Below, in pieces: positions 1 to 9,761 of a stretch of DNA of 32,000 bases. Location: positions 2,940,001 through 2,972,000 of the forward strand of contig NC_008340.1 of the NCBI RefSeq assembly GCF_000014785.1, written 5' to 3'. Positions within the stretch are counted from its first letter, which is position 1. Each line of letters starts with the position of its first letter. This DNA is from Alkalilimnicola ehrlichii MLHE-1. GTDB lineage: Bacteria; Pseudomonadota; Gammaproteobacteria; Nitrococcales; Halorhodospiraceae. The position numbers were made by a program, and so were the translations under genes. The notes below the pieces were generated by a model that made no database searches, had not been told where the DNA came from, and worked only from the letters and a program-made list of their open reading frames with translations.

Positions 1-432
<432 letters not shown>

Positions 433-436
<4 letters not shown>

Positions 437-2431
437 TCCGCCCCCTCCATGACCTGTCGGGCGGCCCCGACGATGTCCTCCACCTGGGGCAGGGCTGCCG
501 TCTCCAGGTGGCGTGCGTAGGGGATCGGGATCTCGGCCGAGCAGACCCGGGCGATGGGGGCGTCCAGGTACCACAGGGCCTGTTCCGCCAGGATGGCGCT
601 GATCTCCGCAGCCAGGCTGCCGGTCTTCCACCCCTCGTCCACAATCACCGCCCGCTGGGTGCGGGTAACCGATGCCACCAGGGCCTCCGTATCCAGCGGG
701 CGCAACACCCGCAGATCCAGCACTTCGGCCTCGATACCCTCCTCTGCCAGCGCCTCGGCCGCCTCCAGGGTCTTACCCAGACTGCCGCCGTAGGTGATCA
801 GGGTCAGGTGCTGGCCCGGCCGGCGGATGGCGGCCTGGCGGATATCCACCCCCTGCGGGCAGGGGGTCAGCTCGCCCTCCTGGTTGTAGAGCAGGACGTG
901 CTCGAAGATCACCACCGGGTTGGGGTCATGCAGCGCCGCCCAAAGCATGTGCCGGGCGTCCTCCAGGGTGCCCGGCGCCAGCACCTTGAGCCCGGGCACG
1001 TGGGCGTACCAGTTCTCCAGGCTGTGGGAGTGCTGGGCAGCCACCTGCCGGCCGGCGCCGGTGGCCATGCGGATCACCAGGGGGACGGGGAACTGGCCGC
1101 CGGACATGTGCAGCAGCGTGGCGGCGTTATTGACGATCTGGTCCAGCGCCAGCAGGCTGAAGTTCACCGTCATGATCTCGACGATGGGCCGGGCGCCGCC
1201 CAGGGCCGCGCCGACCCCGGCGCCGGTGAAGCCGTTCTCCGAGAGCGGGGTGTCGCGCATCCGCTCCGGCCCAAACTGCTCCAGCAACCCGCGGGAGACG
1301 GCGTAGCAGCCCCCGTAGTGACCGATGTCCTCCCCCATCATGAAGCTGCGCGGCTCATGGGTCAGGGCCTCGATCAAGCCACGCCGGAAGGCCTCGCGGA
1401 AGCTCAGCCGCTCCGGCTCGGTCGCCACATCGGGGGGCGGAGGGGGCGCCTCCGACACCGGTGCGCAGACGTGATCCAGCAGGGTATCCGGGGACTCCCA
1501 TTCGGCCTGCTCGGCGAAGGCCACGGCGGCGTCAATCTCCTCACCGATTTCCCCGTCCATGGCCTCCAACTCCCCCTCGTGCAGCGCCCCGGAGCGGCTC
1601 ATCCAATCACTGAGCCGCCGGATCGGGTCGCGGGCCTGCCACGCCTCCACCTCCGCCTTGTCACGGTAGAGCTGCGGGTCGAACATGGAGTGGGCCCGGA
1701 AGCGGTAGGTCTCGCACTCCAGGAAGCGCGGCCCCTCGCCGGCACGCACGGAGGCCAGGGCCCGGCCGCTGGCGGCCTCCACCGCCACCACATCCATGCC
1801 GTCCACCCGCTCGGCGGGGACGCCCAGGGCCTCCGCCTTGCGGTACAGCTCGGTCTGGGCGTGGGCGAGGTGCAGGGCCGTCCCCATGGCGTACTGGTTG
1901 TTCTCGCAGACGAAAAAGACCGGGAGCTGCCAGAGGGCGGCCAGGTTGAGCGACTCGTGGAACACCCCCTCGGCCACGGCGCCGTCGCCGAAGAAACAGG
2001 CGGTCACCCGCTGGCGACCCGCCAGCTTGTCGGCCAGCGCCAGCCCCACGGCCAACGGCAAGCCGCCGCCGACAATGGCGTTGCCGCCGTAAAATCGGTG
2101 TTCGGCGTCGAACAGGTGCATCGACCCGCCCCGCCCCAGGCTGCATCCGGCCGCCTTGCCGTACATCTCCGCCATCACCGGGTTCATGGCGATGCGATTG
2201 AGCAGGGCGTGGCCGTGCTCGCGGTAGGTGGCCACCACGCCGTCGTTCGGGTCGAGACCGAACATGGCGCCGGCCCCGACCGCCTCCTCGCCGATGTAGA
2301 CGTGGAGGAAGCCACGGATCTTCTCCTGGGTGTAGAGTTCGACGCAGCGCTCCTCGAACCGGCGCATGCGCAGCATCTGACGGAGCAGGGCCAGCAGGTG
2401 CGTGCGCGACAGCCTCGGCTTGCCTTCGCTG

Positions 2432-2442
<11 letters not shown>
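433..2442 (-). CDS. Fused E1 alpha+beta 2-oxoacid (pyruvate-type) dehydrogenase, 669 aa
   Basis: N-terminal half has an E1-alpha TPP motif ([31 protein letters not shown]). C-terminal half is E1-beta-like ([13 protein letters not shown]...[49 protein letters not shown]...[11 protein letters not shown]). Confidence 0.92.
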
Positions 2443-4198
<1,756 letters not shown>

Positions 4199-4326
4199 AC
4201 GGCGCTCCTATAGGCCGCTGATCGAAAGACCACCGGGCCGTTTTGATCCCGGTTAAAGCAAGCATAGGAACGCCCCCCGGTTGATTCAACGCAGGGTACC
4301 GCTCGGTTGCCGCCCGGGCAGCGCGC

Positions 4327-5013
4327 GTGGCGGGGTACAATCTGTTACCGTCCGTGGCCCGACGGCGGTCACTGCCGACCCATCGGCTCAGTCCCAACCA
4401 TCGCGGGGTGCCAACATTGTCGAACGGAAAGACACCGGTCACCGACCCGCTGATCGCGGCCATCGTCTTTCAGGGGCTCCTCTTCCCGCTGGCCATCGGC
4501 CTGGCCTTCCTGCTCGGCGTTCGCCCCTGGACGGCCATGGACGCCAATCTGGATGCGGTGCTGCTGGCGGTGGTCGCCACCCTCCCCCCGCTGCTGGGGC
4601 TCTGGGGGCTGTCGCGGGCGCGGGTGGCCTGGTTTGAGGACCTGGATGCCCTGGTGCGACCGATGATCAACGCCCTGTTCCGCGGGCGCGGCCGGGGACC
4701 GGTGCTGCTGATCTCACTGCTGGCCGGCTTCGGCGAGGAGCTGCTGTTCCGTGGCGTCCTGCAGGGCTGGCTGACGGAGCTGGCCGGGCCCTGGACGGGG
4801 GTGCTGGCGGCAGCGGTGGTCTTCGGCCTGCTGCATTTCCTGTCCTGGACTTATTTTGTCTTCGCGGTGGGCTTCGGCATCTACCTGGGGGTGATCTACG
4901 AGCTGACCGGCAACCTCCTGGTGGTCTGCCTGGTCCACGCCCTCTACGACTGGGCAGCGATCCACTACATGCTGCGCGACGGCGCCCCCGCCTCCGATAC
5001 CCCCACCCCCTGA
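4327..5013 (+). CDS. CPBP family intramembrane metalloprotease (CAAX protease/Abi type); true start may be a TTG near 4417
   Basis: Hydrophobic protein with GEELLFRG (EExxxR) and FGLLHF (FxxxH), plus LVHALYDW motifs. Confidence 0.85.
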   Translation: MAGYNLLPSVARRRSLPTHRLSPNHRGVPTLSNGKTPVTDPLIAAIVFQGLLFPLAIGLAFLLGVRPWTAMDANLDAVLLAVVATLPPLLGLWGLSRARVAWFEDLDALVRPMINALFRGRGRGPVLLISLLAGFGEELLFRGVLQGWLTELAGPWTGVLAAAVVFGLLHFLSWTYFVFAVGFGIYLGVIYELTGNLLVVCLVHALYDWAAIHYMLRDGAPASDTPTP

Positions 5014-5049
5014 CCGCACACTGCCTTTCGCACGGCCGGCGCGCCCGGG

Positions 5050-5727
5050 TCACCGGCGGTAACCGATCGGCAGCAGGTAGAGGGGCCGCTCCCCCGGCCC
5101 GAGTTCCAGCGCCCGAGCCAGCGCCTCATCGTCGAAGGCGCCGATCGCCACCGTACCCAAACCCAGGGCGGTGGCCTGCAGGTAGATGTTCTGCGCCACG
5201 TGACCGGCCTCCATGTGCACGTAGCGCGCCGCCCGCTCGCCGTAGCGGTGCGCGGTGCGCGCCTCCACCGCCGACAAGGCCACCACCAGCGGGGCCCGGG
5301 CCACCGCTGCCTGCCCCAGGCTCGCCTGCACCACCGCCTCACCCGGCGCGGCGTCCAGCCGACGCACCAGCACATGCTCATCAGGTCGATAGCGCCAGAC
5401 CCCGGGCGACAGGCCACGGGCCCGGCGCACCAGCAGGTCCACCTCCATCGGATAGGTGGCCCCGGCCGATGGCGCGGTCCGCAACCCCCGGCCCAGGTCG
5501 CTCACCCCCTGGGCGGCCCAGGCCAGCTGGGCGATCGCGTTCAGATCCGGCACCTCCTCGGCGTAGCGGCGCACGGAACGCCGCGTCTCCAGCGCCTGCT
5601 CCAGGGCCATGGGCCCGGCGCGCTTGGGCTCGGGCAGGGTCACCACCCTGTCCGCCTCACCCTGGGGATCGCTCAGGGCCCCGAAAGAGATGATCATCAG
5701 CAGCAGCCCCGCCGACACCTTCCACAT
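5050..5727 (-). CDS. SagB/ThcOx-family (nitroreductase-like) dehydrogenase with putative N-terminal signal peptide; ORF track start 5808, preferred ATG at 5727
   Basis: ETRRSVRRYAEE...LAQLAWAAQGVS-type motif (here IAQLAWAAQGVSDL), RTAPSAGATYPMEVDLLV, AGHVAQNIYLQATALGLGTVAIGAFDD. Internal start gives MWKVSAGLLLMIISFGALSDPQGEA. Confidence 0.82.
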   Translation of the reverse strand: MWKVSAGLLLMIISFGALSDPQGEADRVVTLPEPKRAGPMALEQALETRRSVRRYAEEVPDLNAIAQLAWAAQGVSDLGRGLRTAPSAGATYPMEVDLLVRRARGLSPGVWRYRPDEHVLVRRLDAAPGEAVVQASLGQAAVARAPLVVALSAVEARTAHRYGERAARYVHMEAGHVAQNIYLQATALGLGTVAIGAFDDEALARALELGPGERPLYLLPIGYRR

Positions 5728-5843
5728 GCCATAACTCCCGGACAACCGGGGAGAATCCGTCACTCCCACCAGTAAAGCACATCCCGCCGCCGACAGCTGT
5801 CGGGTCACCGCCGCACCGTTCGGGCCGGATCTGAAAATAATTG

Positions 5844-5872
5844 TTGCACTGCACCAAATCCGCTGTTATGCT
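5844..5872 (+). promoter_or_regulatory. Putative sigma70 promoter of the phasin gene: -35 TTGCAC (5844-5849), 17-bp spacer, -10 TATGCT (5867-5872)
   Basis: Near-consensus hexamers with optimal spacing, 67 bp upstream of the phasin ATG. Confidence 0.6.
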
Positions 5873-5939
5873 GCATCGCAACAAGGTTGGAGAAGGGCTC
5901 CACACCTTGTCGCAAATACAAACGCAATGAGGTGTTGCC

Positions 5940-6305
5940 ATGATGAACCCGACGATTGAGCAGATGAACAAGCAGATTGAGCAGCTGGTGAGCGGCCCGG
6001 CCCGCAGCTTCGCCGAGCTGAGCGTCAACCACCTGGAGGCCCTGGTGAGCAACCAGGTCGAGCTCTCCAAGAGCTACGCCGACCTGGGCTTCAAGCAGAT
6101 CCGCGCCGCGCTGGACATCAAGGCGCCGCAGGATGTGCAGAGCTACATCGAAAGCCAACAGGACGTGGCCCGCGAGCTCGGCGAGCGCGTGAAGGCCGAC
6201 GCCGAGAAGGTGGTCAGCCTGAACCGCAAGTACGCCGAAGAGGCCCAGGCCCTGACCCAGAAGAGCGTCCAGGCCGCGGCCAAGGCCGGTGGTCAGTCCA
6301 AGTAA
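5940..6305 (+). CDS. Phasin family protein (PHA granule-associated)
   Basis: MNPTIEQMNKQIEQLVSGPARSFAELSVNHLEALVSNQVELSKSYADLGFKQIRAALDI...: phasin-like small amphipathic helical protein. Confidence 0.85.
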   Translation: MMNPTIEQMNKQIEQLVSGPARSFAELSVNHLEALVSNQVELSKSYADLGFKQIRAALDIKAPQDVQSYIESQQDVARELGERVKADAEKVVSLNRKYAEEAQALTQKSVQAAAKAGGQSK

Positions 6306-6345
6306 GGACGACGCTGCGGGCGGCTGTCACAGCCGCCGGTAACAG

Positions 6346-6378
6346 ACGCCGGCCCCCATTCGGGGGCCGGCGTTTTTT
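6346..6378 (+). terminator. Rho-independent terminator of the phasin gene
   Basis: ACGCCGGCCCCC-attc-GGGGGCCGGCGT (perfect 12-bp stem) followed by a T-run. Confidence 0.93.
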
Positions 6379-6387
6379 ATGGGCGGG

Positions 6388-7842
6388 TCAGAGGGTCCAG
6401 AGCGCCATGAACTCGTTGACCGCCATGCGCTCCAGCCCCTTCTGCTTGTCACAGGCCTTGCGAATGGCCTCGGCGCGCCGCGGGGCGAAGCGGGTGGCCA
6501 GGGCCTTCTCGAACTTATCCACCAGCACCGGGATACCCTCCTTGCGCCGGCGGCGGTGGCCGATCGGGTACTCCACCGCGACCCGGTCGGTCTTGCTCCC
6601 GTCCTTGAAGAAGAGCTGCACGGCATTGCCAATGGAGCGCTTCTTCGGGTCCAGGTAGTCCTTGGAGAAGGGCTTGTGCTCCACCACCTCCATCTTTTCG
6701 CGCAGGGCGTCGATACGCGGGTCGGCGGCGACGGCGTCCTCGTAGTCGTCGGCGGTGAGCCGGCCGTGGATCAGCGGCACGGCGACCATGTACTGGATGC
6801 AGTGGTCGCGGTCGGCGGGGTTGTCCAGCGGGCCCTCCTTGTCGATGATCCGCACCCCGGCCTCCTGGGTCTCGATGACCACCTTCTCCACCTCGTCGAG
6901 CCGGTCACGCACCTGCTCGTGCAGGGTCATGGCGGCCTCCACGGCGGTCTGGGCGTGGAATTCGGCGGGGAAGGAGATCTTGAACAGGATATTCTCCATC
7001 ACGTAGCTGTCGTAGGCCTGGTTGATCTCCAGCTTGTTGCCCTTGAAGAGCACGTCGTTGAAGCCCCAGAAGTCGGCGGACAGGGCGGTGGGATAGCCCA
7101 TCTCGCCGGTCATGGCGATCAGCGCCAGGCGCACGCCGCGGGCACTGGCATCGCCCGCGGCCCAGCTCTTGCGGGAGCCGGTGTTGGGGGCGTGGCGGTA
7201 GGTGCGCAGCGCGGAGCCGTCGATGAAGGCGTGGGAGAGGGCGTTGGTGATGTCGTCCTGGCTGCCGCCCAGCATGTCGGTGGCGACGGCGGTGGTGGCG
7301 ATGCGCACCAGCATGACGTGGTCCAGCCCCACCCGGTTGAAGGAGTTCTCCAGCGCGAGCACCCCCTGGATCTCGTGGGCCTTGATCATGGCGGTGAGCA
7401 CGTCCTTCATGGTCAGGGGTTTCTTGCCCTGGGCCAGCCGCTGGCGGCTGAGGTAGTCGGCCACGGCGAGGATGCCCCCCAGGTTGTCGGAGGGGTGGCC
7501 CCACTCGGCGGCGAGCCAAGTGTCGTTGAAGTCGAGCCAGCGGACCATGGCGCCGATGTTGAAGGCGGCCTGGACGGGGTCGAGCTGGTAGGGGGTGCCG
7601 GGCACCCGGGCGCCGTCGGCCATCTGCGCCCCGGGGACCACGGGGCCGAGCAGCTTGGTGCAGGCGGGGTATTGCAGGGCCAGCATGCCGCAGGCCAGGG
7701 TGTCCATCAGGCAGTAGCGGGCGGTCTCGTAGGCCTCGTCGGATTTGATCTCCTTCTTGGCGACGTACTTGGCGATGTCGACCAGCTCTTTGTCCGGTTT
7801 GGGACGCTTGGTGGACTTGATACCCCGATCGGTGGCGCTCAT
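6388..7842 (-). CDS. prpD: 2-methylcitrate dehydratase (MmgE/PrpD family)
   Basis: 484 aa; [92 protein letters not shown]. Confidence 0.95.
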   Translation of the reverse strand: MSATDRGIKSTKRPKPDKELVDIAKYVAKKEIKSDEAYETARYCLMDTLACGMLALQYPACTKLLGPVVPGAQMADGARVPGTPYQLDPVQAAFNIGAMVRWLDFNDTWLAAEWGHPSDNLGGILAVADYLSRQRLAQGKKPLTMKDVLTAMIKAHEIQGVLALENSFNRVGLDHVMLVRIATTAVATDMLGGSQDDITNALSHAFIDGSALRTYRHAPNTGSRKSWAAGDASARGVRLALIAMTGEMGYPTALSADFWGFNDVLFKGNKLEINQAYDSYVMENILFKISFPAEFHAQTAVEAAMTLHEQVRDRLDEVEKVVIETQEAGVRIIDKEGPLDNPADRDHCIQYMVAVPLIHGRLTADDYEDAVAADPRIDALREKMEVVEHKPFSKDYLDPKKRSIGNAVQLFFKDGSKTDRVAVEYPIGHRRRRKEGIPVLVDKFEKALATRFAPRRAEAIRKACDKQKGLERMAVNEFMALWTL

Positions 7843-7993
7843 GGGTCTTCCTCCCTTCGGCGGTCGGCTTTCATGCCTGGTTTGGTTTTTCTCTCTCCAG
7901 TGTAGGTATTAAGTCCGGACTGTGTGTGGGGGGTGTTGATGGGGCTTCGGACAGGGGGGGGGGCGGCCGGGGAGTGGGGTTGGGTTGTGGACT

Positions 7994-8029
7994 CGCCGTG
8001 AATACATCCCTGTAGGCTCGTAGGCGGCA
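7994..8029 (+). repeat. Interspersed repeat core copy 1: CGCCGTGAATACATCCCTGTAGGCTCG followed by TAGGCGGCA
   Basis: 27/27 identical to 12574-12600 and 22/27 to the reverse complement of 13978-14004. Confidence 0.9.
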
Positions 8030-8030
8030 C

Positions 8031-8142
8031 CCCCGTCATCGCGAGGGCCGAAGGCTTTTTCCCCGTCATCGCGAGGGCCGAAGGCCCGTGGCGATCCAGA
8101 GCGGTAGACTGCCACGTCGGCTTCGCCTCCTCGCAGTGACGG
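8031..8142. repeat. Compound repeat: 25-bp perfect direct repeat (8031-8055, 8071-8095) plus imperfect inverted partner (about 8113-8142)
   Basis: CCCCGTCATCGCGAGGGCCGAAGGC occurs twice, 40 bp apart. Reverse complement of the right part, CCGTCACTGCGAGGAGGCGAAGCCGACGTGGC, matches CCGTCATCGCGAGGGCCGAAGGCCCGTGGC with substitutions and small indels. Confidence 0.88.
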
Positions 8143-8251
8143 TGGGGGTGGGGCCCCGCTCGCAATGATGGGTTCGGGGATTCCTTGGCATTTCCTTGGG
8201 TCAACGCGCGATCAGATGCCGCGCTGGTGCTCCGGCTTGGGGCTCCGGTAG

Positions 8252-8285
8252 GGCTCGTAGGCGGCAGGGAGGCCGCCTACGAGCC
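8252..8285. repeat. Perfect inverted repeat (14-bp arms incl. GCTCGTAGGCGGC...GCCGCCTACGAGC) sharing 15 bp with copy 1
   Basis: GGCTCGTAGGCGGCA occurs at 8015-8029 and 8252-8266. Confidence 0.88.
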
Positions 8286-8460
8286 TAGGGGTGAGCCGCA
8301 TTGCGGCGAACGCCCGGCCAGGGATGGACGGGCTGGACTTGCAAGCGGAGCAGGACTGCGTAGCTTGCAAGTATTTACGGCGTATCCCTACCGGCAAATC
8401 CCGAGCCGGAACACCCACCCATCCGAAAGCCGACCGAAAAAAAAGACAAGCTATGGGTGC

Positions 8461-9639
8461 TTAGAAGCTATCGCCGGGTACCCGGACCCAGCCTTCCATG
8501 AGCACCCGCGCGCTACGGCTCATGATCGCCTGCTTCACCGTCCACTCGCCGTTTTCCTGGGTGGCCTCCGCACCGACCCGCAGGGTGCCGGAGGGGTGGC
8601 CGAAGTGGACCGAGTTGCGATCGCCGCCACCGGCCGCCTCGTTAACCAGGGTGCCGGGGATGGCGGCGGCGGTGCCGATGGCCACGGCGGCGGTGCCCAT
8701 CATGGCGTGGTGGAGCTTGCCCATGGAGAGGGCGCGCACCAGCAGGTCGATGTCCTCCGCTTGCACGGCCTTGCCGCTGGAGGCGGTGTAGCTGGCCGGC
8801 GGGGCCACGAAGGCCACCTTCGGCGTGTGCTGGCGGTCGGCCGCCTCGGCCGGGTCAGTGATGAGCCCCATCTTCACCGCCCCGTGGGCGCGGATGGTCT
8901 CGAACATCTCCAGCGCCTTGGGGTCGCCGTTGATGGCCTCCTGCAGCTCGGTGCCGGTGTAGCCGATCTCGTCCGCGTTAACGAAGACCGTGGGGATGCC
9001 GGCGTTGATGAGGGTGGCCTTCAGCGTCCCCACCCCGGGCACCTTCAGGTCGTCCACCCGGTTGCCGGTGGGGAAGATGGCGCCGCCCCCGTCCGCTGGG
9101 TCCATGAAGGCCACCGGCACCTCGGCGGCGGGGAAGGTGACCCCGTCCAGTTCGAAGTCGCCGGTCTCCTGCACCTGGCCGTTGGTGATGGGCACCCGGG
9201 CGACGATGGTCTTCCCGATGTTGGCCTGCCAGATGCGCACGGCCACCTCGCCGTTCTCGGGGATGCGGGCCGGGTCCACCAGGCCGTTGCTGACCGCGAA
9301 GGGGCCGACGGCGGCGGAGAGGTTGCCGCAGTTGCCGCTCCAGTCCACGAAGGGCTTGTCGATGGCCACCTGGCCGAAGAGGTAGTCCACGTCGTGGTCG
9401 GGGCTGTCGCTCCTGGAGAGGATCACCGTCTTGCTGGTGCTGGAGGTGGCCCCGCCCATGCCGTCGGTGTGCTTGCCGTAGGGGTCGGGGCTGCCGATGA
9501 CCCGGAGCAGCAGTTTGTCCCGGGCCTCGCCCGGCTGCTGGGCCGCCTCGGGCAGATCATCCAGGCGGAAAAAGACGCCCTTGCTGGTACCGCCGCGCAT
9601 GTAGGTGGCGGGGATGCGGATTTGTGGGGTGTGTGCCAT
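8461..9639 (-). CDS. prpF: 2-methylaconitate isomerase; ORF extends to 9750 but the M at 9639 (MAHTPQIRIPATYMRGGTSKG) is preferred
   Basis: PrpF signature YMRGGTSKGVFF and GGATSSTSKTVILSRS; context between acnD and prpD. Confidence 0.94.
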   Translation of the reverse strand: MAHTPQIRIPATYMRGGTSKGVFFRLDDLPEAAQQPGEARDKLLLRVIGSPDPYGKHTDGMGGATSSTSKTVILSRSDSPDHDVDYLFGQVAIDKPFVDWSGNCGNLSAAVGPFAVSNGLVDPARIPENGEVAVRIWQANIGKTIVARVPITNGQVQETGDFELDGVTFPAAEVPVAFMDPADGGGAIFPTGNRVDDLKVPGVGTLKATLINAGIPTVFVNADEIGYTGTELQEAINGDPKALEMFETIRAHGAVKMGLITDPAEAADRQHTPKVAFVAPPASYTASSGKAVQAEDIDLLVRALSMGKLHHAMMGTAAVAIGTAAAIPGTLVNEAAGGGDRNSVHFGHPSGTLRVGAEATQENGEWTVKQAIMSRSARVLMEGWVRVPGDSF

Positions 9640-9714
9640 GGGCCTGTCTCGTCCTGATGCATGAGCGCCCCGTCCGTAGGCGGGGCGCCGGTGAATGGGA
9701 TGGCGGACGCGGCA

Positions 9715-9745
9715 CTCTCCCGCACCGCTGCCGGGTGCGGGAGAG
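9715..9745. repeat. Intercistronic hairpin acnD-prpF
   Basis: CTCTCCCGCACC-7 nt-GGTGCGGGAGAG, perfect 12-bp stem, no U-tract. Confidence 0.85.
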
Positions 9746-9761
9746 CCCAACGAGGCAGCGC

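Noticed and set aside
4327-5727. Complete TOMM/streptolysin-like biosynthetic cluster
   Set aside because: Only a CPBP protein and a SagB-type dehydrogenase are present, convergently oriented. No YcaO/cyclodehydratase, precursor peptide or ABC exporter is visible.
7994-8142. CRISPR array (direct repeats with 40-bp period)
   Set aside because: Only two 25-bp direct copies separated by 15 bp, followed by an inverted copy; no regular spacers and no cas genes.
7839-8204. Small ORF (121 aa, contains TSLQGCIHG) in the prpD-prpF spacer
   Set aside because: It is a translation of the interspersed repeat. The same SLQGCIHG string appears in the ORF at 12377..12610 because both contain the same 27-bp core. 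Not credible genes.
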